A stretch of 64,000 bases of DNA from Fistulifera solaris (lineage: Eukaryota). A program made the translations under genes and the position numbers. Shown in pieces: positions 9,786-21,314 of the stretch. Under the pieces are notes generated by a model. It worked only from the letters and a program-made list of their open reading frames with translations, did no database searches and was not told the DNA's origin. The stretch is taken from positions 558,001-622,000 of the forward strand of contig AP026131.1 of the NCBI GenBank assembly GCA_030295235.1, in the 5' to 3' direction. Position 1 is the stretch's first letter. Each line of letters begins with the position of its first letter.

Positions 9786-12461
9786 ATGAAGATCTTTCTG
9801 AAATCGCTGCTAGTATTTATACTGTCACGCTCCTTCGCCCAAGCGGTCTCCTCTAATGGTAGTTTGAACGAGACAGAACTAGATTGTCAAGTTCGCGCCT
9901 TGACATTTCGTTACAGTCAATTTCTGCAGCCGTGGCGGTCGGATCTGGATCCATTGTGGCAGACTGTTTACGATGCGCTGGAACTGGATCGTTTGTGTCA
10001 CATTTCGTTTCCGGAAATAAAACTGCAGCCGAAATTTGCAAAGGCGGAAACGCAGCAACAACGAAAGCGAGAAACACCTTGTGCGACAGCGCATTGTATC
10101 TTTGTCGACCCGATCGCGAAAAATGACAACTTGGCTAGTTTAGATGGCTCAATGACTCGCCCTTATGCGACACTAGCACATGCTTTGCGGGCGGCTCGTG
10201 TCATTGATCGAATGCATCAAACGACAATCGTCCTTCGACAAGGCGTACATGCGTTGGAAGACACCATTTACTTGGGACAAAAGGATTCAGGTTTGCGAAT
10301 ACAAGGATATCCCAAAGAAAATGTTTGGATATCCGGAGCGGTGACACTACCTTCGGACTTGTCGTGGCAGCCATGGCATCACGATCCACACGTTTACTGG
10401 GCCAATTTAACGACGTTGCTGCAAGGGCGTTCTTTGCCGCATCTGCCGTCACTCTTTACTTCCGATGCCCGTTACGTTCGGGCCCGCTACCCGAATGGAA
10501 ACCCCGAAACAGCGCAATGGGGATACAGTTCACCGGATCGGTACAAATACTCACTAAAAGCCGATGATGTACTGGAATGGCACCGACCTCCACCGGGCGA
10601 GATTCCTACCTTTACGGTGGTGAATTTCAAAACAGATCCTCCGCCGGGCACTGCCATGAAAAATGATTCCACACATTTCAATGTGTATAGCACGGGTGAA
10701 GGCGGAGCATGTTCTGCCGTTTGGGGCAACGCTCCGAATTATTGGTGCAGCAATGCTTCCAGTGGAGGATGGGCGGAGCTCGAACGGGAATGTGCTGTGA
10801 CAGGACAAATACAAATACCCAACGGTCTGACGTACAACGAAACGTCAACTATCGGACAAAAACTAAACTCTTATCTTCGGAATAACAGTGAGCCGAGTCT
10901 TGCCGTTGGTGGGATCATTCATGCGTGGCACTCGCAGAGTTGGGCGATGCACATGTTTGAGATCGAGCAACACGATGCGAATGCAAGTTTGTATTTTACG
11001 CCGGGCTCTGGGAGTCAGGGAGCACGCAATTGGTGTCGATGCGATCAATGCGGCTATGCTGCGCACTGGTGTGGTCAGTATCAAGACCCGCCTTGGAACG
11101 ATACGCGCTTGATCTCTGGTACATGGATGTTGGAAAATGTCTTGCCAGAATTGGACTTCCCGGGTGAGTATTACTGGGACCCGGTGCAACAGCTACTTTA
11201 TGTTTATCCAAATAGCACCGATACGTGGGATGACTTACATTTTGCCGTGCTGGAAAACTTGGTCGTCGTCGATGGGGCTATATCAATCACGCTACAAGAC
11301 ATTGGTTTTCGACATAGCGCCGCAACGTACATGTCTCGCGAATGGTCTCCTCCCAGTGGTGGTGATTGGTCGATGCATCGCGGTGGTGCTGTTTGGATTC
11401 GCAACTCGGAAAACATTACCATCGATAGCTGTCTTTTCACCCGTTTGGATGGTACAGGCATCTTTTTGTCGAACTATACACGATATATAAGCATCCAGCA
11501 TTCCGAGTTCGCCTGGATGGGCGAAACTGCCATTGCTACACTTGGTCAAACAGATGGATACAACGCGACTCGCCAGCAATTCCCTCTCGCAACGAGAATA
11601 GAAGGCAATGTGATGCGTGAACTGGGCATTTATCAAAAACAGTCGTCCGCAGTTGGTCACACGTTGGCGGCAAACTCAGTTATTCAGAATAACATTATTT
11701 TCAATACAGCCCGCGCCGGCATTAATTTCAATGAGTTCATGGGAGGTGGCGATGCAGTTTTGAGAAATGTGTTGTGGAACACCTGTCGAGAGTCGGGCGA
11801 CCATGGTCCGATTAACAGCTGGGACAGGCAACAATACTGGTACGGGAGCGAATCGTGGCAGCAGCAGCGCCGGAAGATTGCCTTCAACTTGATCGTGGCA
11901 AACTATGGCGCATCCGAAGGTGTCGATAATGACGATGGCAGTAGCTGGTATCACGTCGCGCACAATGTATTTCACCAAGCAGAAGGTTTCAAAATGGATT
12001 ACGGCGGACACGATAGCATATTCGAGAAGAACACCGTTATCGCGTATCCTCACAAGCGACCGCGCGGAAGTGGGCCTAAGTGCGTGGCATTTGATTCATT
12101 TCTCCCCGGACATGGTCATATCGTGAGAGATAACATTTGCATCGTTCCTAACCAAGGACCGGAGCAGGCTTTAGTGCAACTAGCCGAATGCTCCAATTTT
12201 CACGGAATATTACAAAGGAACACTTACTATACGCCTTCGGGACAGGCATATTTGAAATGCAATTGGGATTCAAACGAGGCAGCAATTTCCTTAGACGAAG
12301 CGTCACTTCGTTTTGGCATCGAAGCGGAATCAACCGTTCACAAGACGCCTTTAATCGAAGAGATCGTGGCTTTAATAATCGCAACGCTTTTTCCGTCTCA
12401 TCCAAATGATGCCGACAACATCGACATGATTTTCCATTCTGGAGCAACTGCAATGGAATGA
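9786..12461 (+). CDS. Secreted right-handed parallel beta-helix protein (pectin-lyase-like fold, putative carbohydrate-active)
   Basis: Signal peptide MKIFLKSLLVFILSRSFAQA; DGSMTRPYATLAHAL; IVLRQGVH; RARYPN; ELDFPGEYYWD; beta-helix repeats; ESGDHGPINSWDRQ; DNDDGSSWY. Confidence 0.8.
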   Translation: MKIFLKSLLVFILSRSFAQAVSSNGSLNETELDCQVRALTFRYSQFLQPWRSDLDPLWQTVYDALELDRLCHISFPEIKLQPKFAKAETQQQRKRETPCATAHCIFVDPIAKNDNLASLDGSMTRPYATLAHALRAARVIDRMHQTTIVLRQGVHALEDTIYLGQKDSGLRIQGYPKENVWISGAVTLPSDLSWQPWHHDPHVYWANLTTLLQGRSLPHLPSLFTSDARYVRARYPNGNPETAQWGYSSPDRYKYSLKADDVLEWHRPPPGEIPTFTVVNFKTDPPPGTAMKNDSTHFNVYSTGEGGACSAVWGNAPNYWCSNASSGGWAELERECAVTGQIQIPNGLTYNETSTIGQKLNSYLRNNSEPSLAVGGIIHAWHSQSWAMHMFEIEQHDANASLYFTPGSGSQGARNWCRCDQCGYAAHWCGQYQDPPWNDTRLISGTWMLENVLPELDFPGEYYWDPVQQLLYVYPNSTDTWDDLHFAVLENLVVVDGAISITLQDIGFRHSAATYMSREWSPPSGGDWSMHRGGAVWIRNSENITIDSCLFTRLDGTGIFLSNYTRYISIQHSEFAWMGETAIATLGQTDGYNATRQQFPLATRIEGNVMRELGIYQKQSSAVGHTLAANSVIQNNIIFNTARAGINFNEFMGGGDAVLRNVLWNTCRESGDHGPINSWDRQQYWYGSESWQQQRRKIAFNLIVANYGASEGVDNDDGSSWYHVAHNVFHQAEGFKMDYGGHDSIFEKNTVIAYPHKRPRGSGPKCVAFDSFLPGHGHIVRDNICIVPNQGPEQALVQLAECSNFHGILQRNTYYTPSGQAYLKCNWDSNEAAISLDEASLRFGIEAESTVHKTPLIEEIVALIIATLFPSHPNDADNIDMIFHSGATAME

Positions 12462-14390
12462 AACCGAACTCACATGCTTCGACTCGGTTCGTGAAATATT
12501 GATTGATGAATTACACGGTGCACAACCAACGGATCAAAGCGACGACAGTTCGATCAACAATCAGCAATATTCGTTGAAGCAAAGATGAGTCTTTCACTCA
12601 CAGCTGCTGCTGCTGCGGTGCAGATGTGTATCATTGTTGGCCCGTCTTGAAAGGCTTCGAATGGACCAGATCGAAGATGTTTTCACCGGTTATCTTTTCG
12701 AGGCAAGAATTGAGACGAAACCTTTTGAATTAGGTCTAGGTCAGGCAACAAGTATAGCTGACATCTTCATTGCGGCAAAAGCAAAAGATCTACGATTATC
12801 TGAGTTTTATTGTTACTTCTAATGTAATAAACACATGAATGTTGCCCAGGCTGAGGCATAATTACAACATACATATTCGTTCCTTGTAGGAGCTGAATTC
12901 CACTTGCAAAGCGACTTCTAACAAAAGTAAAATCCCCAGTGCGAGTCCTATTACCCGCTAGGAGAGCATCGCGATAAAAGAATGTGCCGCCAGTTCCGCT
13001 TGTCCCATCCAGGCGTAGTAGCCGTCACTAAGGCCAAGCAACCTTTTTTGGTCGCCGTCAGATCCACAACACCAAGACCGGTCATGATTTGTTATACCAT
13101 CAAAGCGGCGCTTCCATCAGTTGACGGGCTCCACCCGGCCAGTCATCAAAATTTGTTGCCGTCTGCGGAATTTTGTTGATTGCTTTGTACGGTAGGCGTA
13201 CCGTTATCAAAAGAGTAAGTTCCTTTATTTTATTTCATTTGTTGAGAGTACTCGAGTGATTGTCGTTTGCCGACGGTGAAACGGCCGCAAAATAGGTTGA
13301 ATGATCAAAGCGTCCGCCGCTAAACCTGATAGGTAACAAGACTTTAGTGTCGCTGAAAAAGACTCCGTACAACTCGTAGATTGAGTCATCATCCCAATAA
13401 ATGTCGTCGACGTCTTCGAGCGGACTCCACGGCTATCTTTCCTGTTGCACTACGTCCATGTTTGATCCACGCAGTTTAGTTCTTGATCTTAAATGTTTCT
13501 GCATTCATTCGTTGATTTCCGACACGCTCGCCTTGCCAATCGCATTTAGTGTGATTATCAGAGTGTGACTCCTTTGTTTAACATGCTGTCTGGGGGTGTT
13601 TGTGGCATAATCGACAGGGACTAATTCTTGCAAATTTGTATTATTTTCATGATCAATCACTTGTCGATGACGGCCACCTCTACGTAGATGGTGAAGGTGA
13701 AAAAATGTTTGGGAAGTCTAGAAGATTGTTGATTGTTGATTGATGACTGATGACACAAGTCGACTTTATTTCGTGCGATCTTTGTCACATCAACGGGCCT
13801 CGGTAGACGCGCCATAACGGCAGGAGTGTCAAGTTATGCAGCATTTAACAGTAATTTAAACGCCTTTTGCGTAATTTTCGTCGTTATACCATCTCGTTGA
13901 TGAAGTTTGACAATAATCATTGTAGAATGCCGTGAAATGAAAGGTTTTTGGTCCTAAAATTGATTGTTGCGATCGAATGAAGTGGTTGCAAAAGAATTGG
14001 CCAAAATAATCATGGGCAACCCCATTGCATTTTTTTTGCAAATATTCACGGTTTGCTACACTAGCTCTTCAAAGTAGATCTCAGATGAGTCTTGAGGTAG
14101 AAGTAGATTAGACCTCGGAGCGGTACTTATGGAACACGACATGTCGGAGTGCGTATCGAAATTGTCCCTCAGGACGCACGGACAGACTGGACCCTCGTTC
14201 AGACTCGTGACTAAAATGAGTGCCTGTGAGTCGTACAGTATGTCTTCTACTACAATTGCTATAGTCCACGTCAGCATGTGAAAAATTGGACGATGCGAGA
14301 CGCGCGACGATCGAAACGCACCTTTATCATTCATCGTCTACCTCGTATTGTCTTCATTCTAGATATCATTATTGTTTAGTTTCCGCTGCA

Positions 14391-15083
14391 ATGACCCGAT
14401 TTCTCCTTCTAACGCTTCTTTCCTTTCTGCTCTTGGCATGCGTCACCGTATTCGGAGCACCAGAAGCCGATCAACATGAGATGTGTTCCGAATGGGCCGA
14501 TCGAGGGGAGTGCGATTCGAATCCAGGTTATATGCTAATCAATTGTGCCACAAGCTGTGCTGCCGTGAGTTCACAGCAGGAAACTATCGCCGATTCCTTT
14601 TACGACTTATCCGCGAACGATATCCTGGGAAATCTCATTCCCTTTTCTCAATTCGCTGGCAAAGTTGTCGTTATGACGAATGTAGCCAGTTATTGCGGAT
14701 ACACCGAATCGCATTATCGTGGCTTGGTGCAATTGTGGGAGGTCGTCAAACACCAGCCTGTCGAAATTCTGGCATTTCCCTGCAATCAATTCGGTCAACA
14801 AGAACCGAAAAGTCCTCCCGAAATTCTGCAATTTGCGACGAACAAGGGCGTCGAATTCCGAATGATGGACAAGATTCAAGTGAATGGGCCTCAAACGCAT
14901 CCCGTTTATCAATACGTCAAGCACAGGACGGGTGTGAAAACCATTACATGGAATTTCGCCACATACTTTGTCATTGGACCGGACGGAAGTAGTGTCGAAG
15001 CGTATTCGGGTGTCGAACCGATGGCGTTACAGCCGATCATTGACGTCCTCTTGTCGGAAGACGAAACTGGTGAAGAGTTTTAA
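14391..15083 (+). CDS. Cys-type glutathione peroxidase with signal peptide and N-terminal ShKT domain
   Basis: ShKT DQHEMCSEWADRGECDSNPGYMLINCATSC; GPx motifs NVASYCGYT, LAFPCNQFGQQEP, WNF. Confidence 0.92.
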   Translation: MTRFLLLTLLSFLLLACVTVFGAPEADQHEMCSEWADRGECDSNPGYMLINCATSCAAVSSQQETIADSFYDLSANDILGNLIPFSQFAGKVVVMTNVASYCGYTESHYRGLVQLWEVVKHQPVEILAFPCNQFGQQEPKSPPEILQFATNKGVEFRMMDKIQVNGPQTHPVYQYVKHRTGVKTITWNFATYFVIGPDGSSVEAYSGVEPMALQPIIDVLLSEDETGEEF

Positions 15084-15356
15084 GATGGATAGCAATCGAA
15101 AGTTAGCTACGATAGCAGGTTTACTGTAGTCTGTTGCTAATATTAATTATTTGATAAGTTGAATTCTAATATTACAAAACAGCGGCCACTTCCGACGAAG
15201 TTGTTGCCAGTGATGACCACCGTAACTGTCAGCTTTTCAATATAAAAGAACGGAGTTAGCGCTTGGAAGAGGAGGTCAAGCTCGACGTGTAGGATTGTGG
15301 CGGATCTAGCCGACTGTGCGATCGTTGTGAATGTTTTGTATCCAATGAATCTATTC

Positions 15357-16478
15357 TCACAAATTCGCTTCCGCCAAAGCCTTTCCTGTTTTGGTTTGCG
15401 GTGATGGCAAAGTGGCACCGGGAGCCACGGCTAAAATATTACTCCAGTACCCCATTCGATAATGAGTTGACGGAAAGGCGTACTCCAGTTGAAAATACCA
15501 TTCGCAATACTCTTGCAGATCGTACAGGGGACGATACGCCGCCAAAGACTGCCAACCACGCGGTGCTGCGGAATCTGCCATTACCGGTAACGCATACAAT
15601 GTGTAGTTGTAGATCAAGAAATCTTCCAGCATTTCGACTCCTATGCATTCGTCAGGTTTGCCGGCCGACAAATCGATCCCGCGCGGCCAAAATTCCGTCA
15701 AGACGTATTGGATCTTGTGTTGCTCCAAACTCTCGGTCAAACCCGAAAATACGGTCGGTTCAAAGCCGTGTGTATCCACTTTGAGTATATACGCCTGCAA
15801 ATTGGGCAAAACAATATCATCCAATCGCATGGTCGGTACTTGAATGACTTGAAGACTGGTATCATTGTGTAACTGTTGCTCCGCCATGGCCCACAAATCG
15901 TGCCCTTCTTCTTGAACGCCTTTTCCCTGCGCAGAAACGAGAAACGGAACCACTTCTTCACTGGTACTTCCCGCCGCAACTTGATACAAATGAATCTTTT
16001 GCTGAAGATCGGTCGACGATTTCGCCACATCTTGTTCGACGCGTTGAAAGGAATTCGGAGACGGTTCGACACAGTGCACTTCGTAACCCACTTTCGCGGC
16101 ATTTATACATTGCGTCGCCCGGTGCATACCGACTTCCATTACGATTCCTGCCGCTTGTCCTTTTGAGATACCTTCTTGCAGGAGATCCTGAAACACTTGG
16201 TCGGCGGAGATTTCTATTATATCATCACGAAGAACTAACAGCCCCAGTGCCTTTTGCTTTTCTTGATGTGTTTCTAACATAATATGTAAAACTTCCCGTT
16301 CCTCTTCGGCATACATCATCACCAACACACAAAAAGTGGACATTAAAATCAGTCCGACTTTGAAAATGCTAACGGGGCCTCCTCGTTTTGCCGGTGGTTT
16401 CCGTCGCGGTCGTTTGAACGATGTTGTGTGATTTCCATTGTGCGGAAAAGACGATGTAAGGCTTGCATTTGGCGGCAT
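15357..16478 (-). CDS. FkbM-family (Methyltransf_21) SAM methyltransferase, type II membrane, copy 1
   Basis: N-terminal TM; VMEVG; HCVEPSP; MRLDD; LKVDTHGFEPTVFSG; YVLTEFWP. Confidence 0.85.
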   Translation of the reverse strand: MPPNASLTSSFPHNGNHTTSFKRPRRKPPAKRGGPVSIFKVGLILMSTFCVLVMMYAEEEREVLHIMLETHQEKQKALGLLVLRDDIIEISADQVFQDLLQEGISKGQAAGIVMEVGMHRATQCINAAKVGYEVHCVEPSPNSFQRVEQDVAKSSTDLQQKIHLYQVAAGSTSEEVVPFLVSAQGKGVQEEGHDLWAMAEQQLHNDTSLQVIQVPTMRLDDIVLPNLQAYILKVDTHGFEPTVFSGLTESLEQHKIQYVLTEFWPRGIDLSAGKPDECIGVEMLEDFLIYNYTLYALPVMADSAAPRGWQSLAAYRPLYDLQEYCEWYFQLEYAFPSTHYRMGYWSNILAVAPGATLPSPQTKTGKALAEANL

Positions 16479-17165
16479 TTCCTTTTGTGTCTACATATAC
16501 AATGACCCTATGAACGCTCTATGGCAACGACGACCTCCAAGAGAAGGAAGATGAGCACCATACCTGCTCCCACGCCGAACTGTGGATAAGATGGGGGCAA
16601 CGACGATTTCTCGCGCACTCCGATGAGAGAATGACAAAAGGCGCAATAAATTCGTGTTTCCTGTTGGCATGACTTTTTCTTGGTTCTCGTTTTATTGAAT
16701 GACGAAGCAGTACCGTGTGAGACATGGTTCACGACTAATCCGTGCGCAGCGTACTTATTACTCTACAGCTCCGAGAAAAGAGATGCTTTGAGTACATAAT
16801 CTTCAAGCTGATTCACGATCGTGACTCCCCGTCGTACGTAGAGGAGTGTGTGGAAATGGCGCGACATGGTTATTATCAGCGTAAGTGTAGACGGTATTTC
16901 ACGTGATTACCGGGTGCCCCAATCCCAAATACACACTTGAAAACCGGATTGCTATGGTGACCGAGATCCTGTCTTTACAAAAGACGGCTAGACGCTGAAC
17001 GCTTTTTGGCTAAACCAATCGCCAAAGATGTCCGGACCTACATAGACTACATCAGATCAAAATCAAAATATTGATAAACTAGGTCAACTTTGGCTCGTGA
17101 TCGCTGCGCTGCACTTTAAAAAGCCGTAGTCCTTTGATGCTTACCAGTTAATGTTAAAGCTAACA

Positions 17166-18227
17166 TTACAAAGTTGCCTTTCCGGTCAATGCTTTTCCCG
17201 TTTGAGTCTTAGGAGATGGCAAAGTGGCGCCAGGGGCGACGGCTAAAATGTCACTCCAATACCCCATTTTATAATCCTTCGAGGGAAACGCCCGTTCCAC
17301 ATAAAAATACCATTCACAAAAGGCTTGGACATTGTGCAAAGGACGTTGCGGCACGATACTGGTCCAACCGCGCGGGGCCAGAGGATGGGCGGCGACGGGC
17401 ATGGCGTACAACGTGTACCCGTATTTCAAAAAGGTTTCCAGTAGTTGAGCCCCAATGCATTCATTGGGTCGACCAGCCAACAGATCCATGCCACGCGGCC
17501 AAAATTCCGTCAAGACGTATTGAATTTTGTGTTGCGCCAAACTCTCCGTCAATCCGGAAAAGACCGTTGGCTCAAAGCCTTGTGTATCCACTTTCAACAA
17601 AAAGGCCTTTTCATTCGGAATGACAATGTCGTCGAGCTTTTTGGTCGGGACTTGAATGACTTGCGCTTTTGGGTCATTTTCTTGTTGCTTTTCTTCCATG
17701 GCCCACATATCGTGTCCACCCACGTGATCTCCTGTGCCTCCAGACGATGTGAAGGGAACAGTCCCTTCACTCGAGCTGGATGCCGCGACTTGATATAGAT
17801 GAATTCGCTCTTGAACGTCAGCAGGAGCTTTCAGAACGGCATTCTGTACGCGTTGAAAGGAGTTCGGAGAGGGTTCGACACAATGTGCGTGAAAGCCTGC
17901 TTTTGCCGCATTCATGCATTGAATCGCCCGATGCATGCCGACTTCCATGACAATGCCAGGGATGGGTGACTGTGAGGCTCCTTCTTCGAGAAGATCTCTC
18001 CAAACTTGCTCGGCGGAGATCTCTAAGATATTATCGCGAAGAACAAACAAGCTCTGTTGGTGGCTAGCTTCTTGTGCGGATTGAAGCAATTGATAGAGTG
18101 CTTCACGTTCTTCGGCGAAAAACATCACCCAGATTCCAAACATATACGTCCCCGCCAATCCCACTTTGATGATAATACCCAAGAGCGATTGCGCACCACC
18201 CCGTTGCTTATTCTTCATAGGAGTCAT
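17166..18227 (-). CDS. FkbM-family SAM methyltransferase, type II membrane, copy 2 (tandem paralog)
   Basis: VMEVG; CVEPSP; GGTGDHVG; KLDD; LKVDTQGFE. Collinear with copy 1. Confidence 0.87.
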   Translation of the reverse strand: MTPMKNKQRGGAQSLLGIIIKVGLAGTYMFGIWVMFFAEEREALYQLLQSAQEASHQQSLFVLRDNILEISAEQVWRDLLEEGASQSPIPGIVMEVGMHRAIQCMNAAKAGFHAHCVEPSPNSFQRVQNAVLKAPADVQERIHLYQVAASSSSEGTVPFTSSGGTGDHVGGHDMWAMEEKQQENDPKAQVIQVPTKKLDDIVIPNEKAFLLKVDTQGFEPTVFSGLTESLAQHKIQYVLTEFWPRGMDLLAGRPNECIGAQLLETFLKYGYTLYAMPVAAHPLAPRGWTSIVPQRPLHNVQAFCEWYFYVERAFPSKDYKMGYWSDILAVAPGATLPSPKTQTGKALTGKATL

Positions 18228-18619
18228 GGTAGCGAGCGGCTTTTCGAATTAAGTTGTTAACAAGGAGGCAAATACTACGATGTACCGCATGTTGTGTGCG
18301 CTCAGCGCTACCAGTATGCGCAAAAGAAGAAAAGAGCGCGATGAGGGCGGAATTCGTCCCCCTACATGATACGACTATATGAAAAGTAAGTATGGTTTAT
18401 AATGTTGGTTTATGACTGTCAAATATGACTGAGCAGAATGACCCAAATGTGAATCACGTACAATTCAATCACGAGAGCAGGCTTTAATTGGCTCGTGATT
18501 GAAATGCAGTCGCGGCGAAAACGGAAAACACTTTGGCTCTATACTTTGTAGTAGACCAGGAAAGCAATGAGCAGCACTGCCTTTTTTATTGCAACAAGGC
18601 TGCTTTTTAAAACAGCATC

Positions 18620-19564
18620 ATGATACGATGCTTCTTTGTAATATACAAAATTGCTCTTCTAAGCGTCGCCCTGCAACAACCGCAACGCTATCGCGCACGT
18701 GTAGCGTACGATGGAGCCGGCTTTCACGGGTTTCAGTTGCAACCGGAAGGGAAACGCACCGTCCAAGGATGCTTGGAAGACGTGTTGGGGCAGCGATTGG
18801 GGCAATCGGTGCGATTGGTAGGGGCGGGACGTACCGATACGGGCGTACATGCTCGAGGTCAAGCGATTCACTTTGATTTGCATTCACCTTTAAGTGAGCC
18901 GCTGTCTCAGATAGAACATTCAATAAATGCCATGTTGCCGACCGACGTTTGTTTGTGGAACTTGTCCCTTGCCCCGACCGACGACACAGAAACAGCACAA
19001 CCGTCACAACAATATCTCTGGAACGTTCTTTACAATTCGGTGGGAAAGCTGTATTCGTATCGGTTGTGCTTAGCGCCAGTGATGAGTCCTCTCGAGCGAC
19101 ATCATCGGTGGCATCCAGATTCGTTGCATGGAAAAGCCGTTGATATACCTCTTTTGCAACGGCTATTGAATTATTATGAAGGTACACATGATTTTCGCGC
19201 TTTTGCGGGAGCCTTGGAAGCGAATCAACGTCGATCGGGACGGACAGTGTCGACCGTACGAACAGTTTACAGCGCGAACTGGATCGTGGAAGATGAGTCA
19301 CTAGGATACTATCGCATCGAGTTTCATTTACAAGGTGCTTTGTACAAGCAAGTGCGGAATATGGTAGGAACGGCCATCGATGCTAGTCGAAGTATAATCA
19401 CGGAAGAGGCCTTTCTAGATCTCTTGCACGGCAGCTCGGCAACAATTGAAAACGATCATCTACCAAAGAAACAACAGAAACGACGAGAAGATAACAAGTC
19501 TAAACCAGCACCTCCACAAGGATTGACATTAGAGCATGTTTACTTTGACGAAGAAGAATTCTGA
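18620..19564 (+). CDS. truA: tRNA pseudouridine synthase A, possibly organelle-targeted
   Basis: YRARVAYDGAGFHGFQ; GAGRTDTGVHARGQ; GTHDFRAF; LYKQVRNMVG; APPQGLTLEHV. Confidence 0.95.
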   Translation: MIRCFFVIYKIALLSVALQQPQRYRARVAYDGAGFHGFQLQPEGKRTVQGCLEDVLGQRLGQSVRLVGAGRTDTGVHARGQAIHFDLHSPLSEPLSQIEHSINAMLPTDVCLWNLSLAPTDDTETAQPSQQYLWNVLYNSVGKLYSYRLCLAPVMSPLERHHRWHPDSLHGKAVDIPLLQRLLNYYEGTHDFRAFAGALEANQRRSGRTVSTVRTVYSANWIVEDESLGYYRIEFHLQGALYKQVRNMVGTAIDASRSIITEEAFLDLLHGSSATIENDHLPKKQQKRREDNKSKPAPPQGLTLEHVYFDEEEF

Positions 19565-19783
19565 TGCATGAAGATGTCTTTCAACGTTTTCGCGCCGCAC
19601 TCCCGTTTACGAGGGGAACTTTACCCCGTCTGCTGCAATGTCACTCAAAAGCAAGACTTTTGTACGGCATTTTAAGGACTGTGAATCATGATAGTGTTCC
19701 GGAGAAAGTACATGATGGGGTCGCTCGGAGCATCAAAGACAGTTCCCCCTTCACCTTAGCTATCGCGTCCCCGCAACAGATAC

Positions 19784-21173
19784 CTACTTGTCGTTTTCTT
19801 GTGTTGAGGCGCAATAACTCATATTTTGATCTCTTTGAACATCATCGATCAAGTGATACAGATGTAGACTTCCTGGCGGGGATGTATTACGCGCCGGATC
19901 GTCGTCATCGTATTCCTGTTCGGCGGGAAAGCGACGTTCTCCCGTCGAAACGGCCAACCACCTAGATCCATTACTCATTCGACGATAGGAGATACCATTA
20001 ATAGCACAAGAATGCTCTGCGTGTTCTGGCTGCGCGGCTAATGACGACGCGAGACGTATTTGGCCTCTTGGTTGACCATTCTGTGCATTGTAGAGACGCA
20101 CTGTACCGTCTCGTCCCCCGACGAACAGTGTATTATGTCCTGCATCGAAATCAAAACCCAATCGTTGGTTGGTATCACTGACTGTGCTATAACTCTGCAA
20201 TGCACCAGTCGGTGAGTTCATTGTTGAGTTGTCTTCGTCCTCGAGAGGTCGAAACATGCGCAAGTCCCATGCCAAAACGACATTGGAACGACGACTAGCG
20301 CTAAACATAGTATAAGCGTCATCAAATTGCAAATGTGTAACACCAGTTTGTGTCTTTTGCACGAGCCATTGCCATTTGGCGGACGATATCCATTCGTCTT
20401 CGGCGTTGTTGTTGTTTTGATCTGTGGATACCCAAAAACGTCGTTTCCGTTTCACGGAATGCTTCCCGTGCCCCACCAAAGATAGCCCTATCAGCACTTG
20501 GGAAGGTGGCTGTCGTACATCATACAAGTAAATAGATCCAGGAGCATACGTGCCGACCGCCAACAAGGCTTCGTGCTGTCGACTGTACGCCAGCGCCGAG
20601 ACGAGTCCTTTTGTCCATCCGTAGATCGTTTCGTATTCCCCAACTTCCAAACCGCTTGTGCTTGTCGTCCCGGACGATGTACATCAAACACATAGATACG
20701 CCGATCGGTACGAAAACCCCCGGCTACCAACGTTTGTCCGTGGGTGGGATGAAAAATGGCGACATTCGGTGCTTCGAGTTCGTCCAAGGCATTGTACGGA
20801 CAATAGGCGGCCCGGACTTTGCCGGTGTACGCATCGTACAAATGAACGGGTTGATCTCGACTGGTCGTCAAGAAACAGCATGTAGATGGATCATGTGATT
20901 GCATGTGCGGATACCACGCAAAGGAACGAATGGATTCGGCCCCGAACAGTGCAAGGCAGCTTTCCAGTCGGAATCAGTAAATGCATCCGCGGTATTGTAG
21001 AGTCGCAGTGTCTTTCCAATGGAAGTCAAGATGCAAGAGCCATCCGGCGAAAAAGAACATCCTTGGGGAAAGTCGTCGGCATGATTGGAAGGAATTGCTG
21101 TGGAGGTTCTTGTCAAGTCGCTCGCTTGGCCGTGCAACTTGGCCACCGCAGTTTCACCGCTAATCGGCATCAT
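19784..21173 (-). CDS. WRAP53: Telomerase Cajal body protein 1 (WD40); frameshifts near 20935 and 20610
   Basis: DFPQGCSFSPDGSCILT; CCFLTTSRDQPVHLYDAYTGKVRAAY; FDVHRPGR; GVTHLQF; WDLR; TNQRLGFD. Confidence 0.88.
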
Positions 21174-21314
21174 TGATGATTTTGCTTTCGTTCTTTGTCA
21201 TCACAAGGTTGTAGTCTACAAATTTGTCTTCGAAATAGCATTAAAGTGCGTAGTATTTTTTATCATCGCGGCGACGATCACCCCATTTTCTCGAGAAATA
21301 CCAGTATCGCCTGC

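Noticed and set aside
14680..14705. Selenocysteine GPx
   Set aside because: The active-site codon is TGC (Cys), not TGA.
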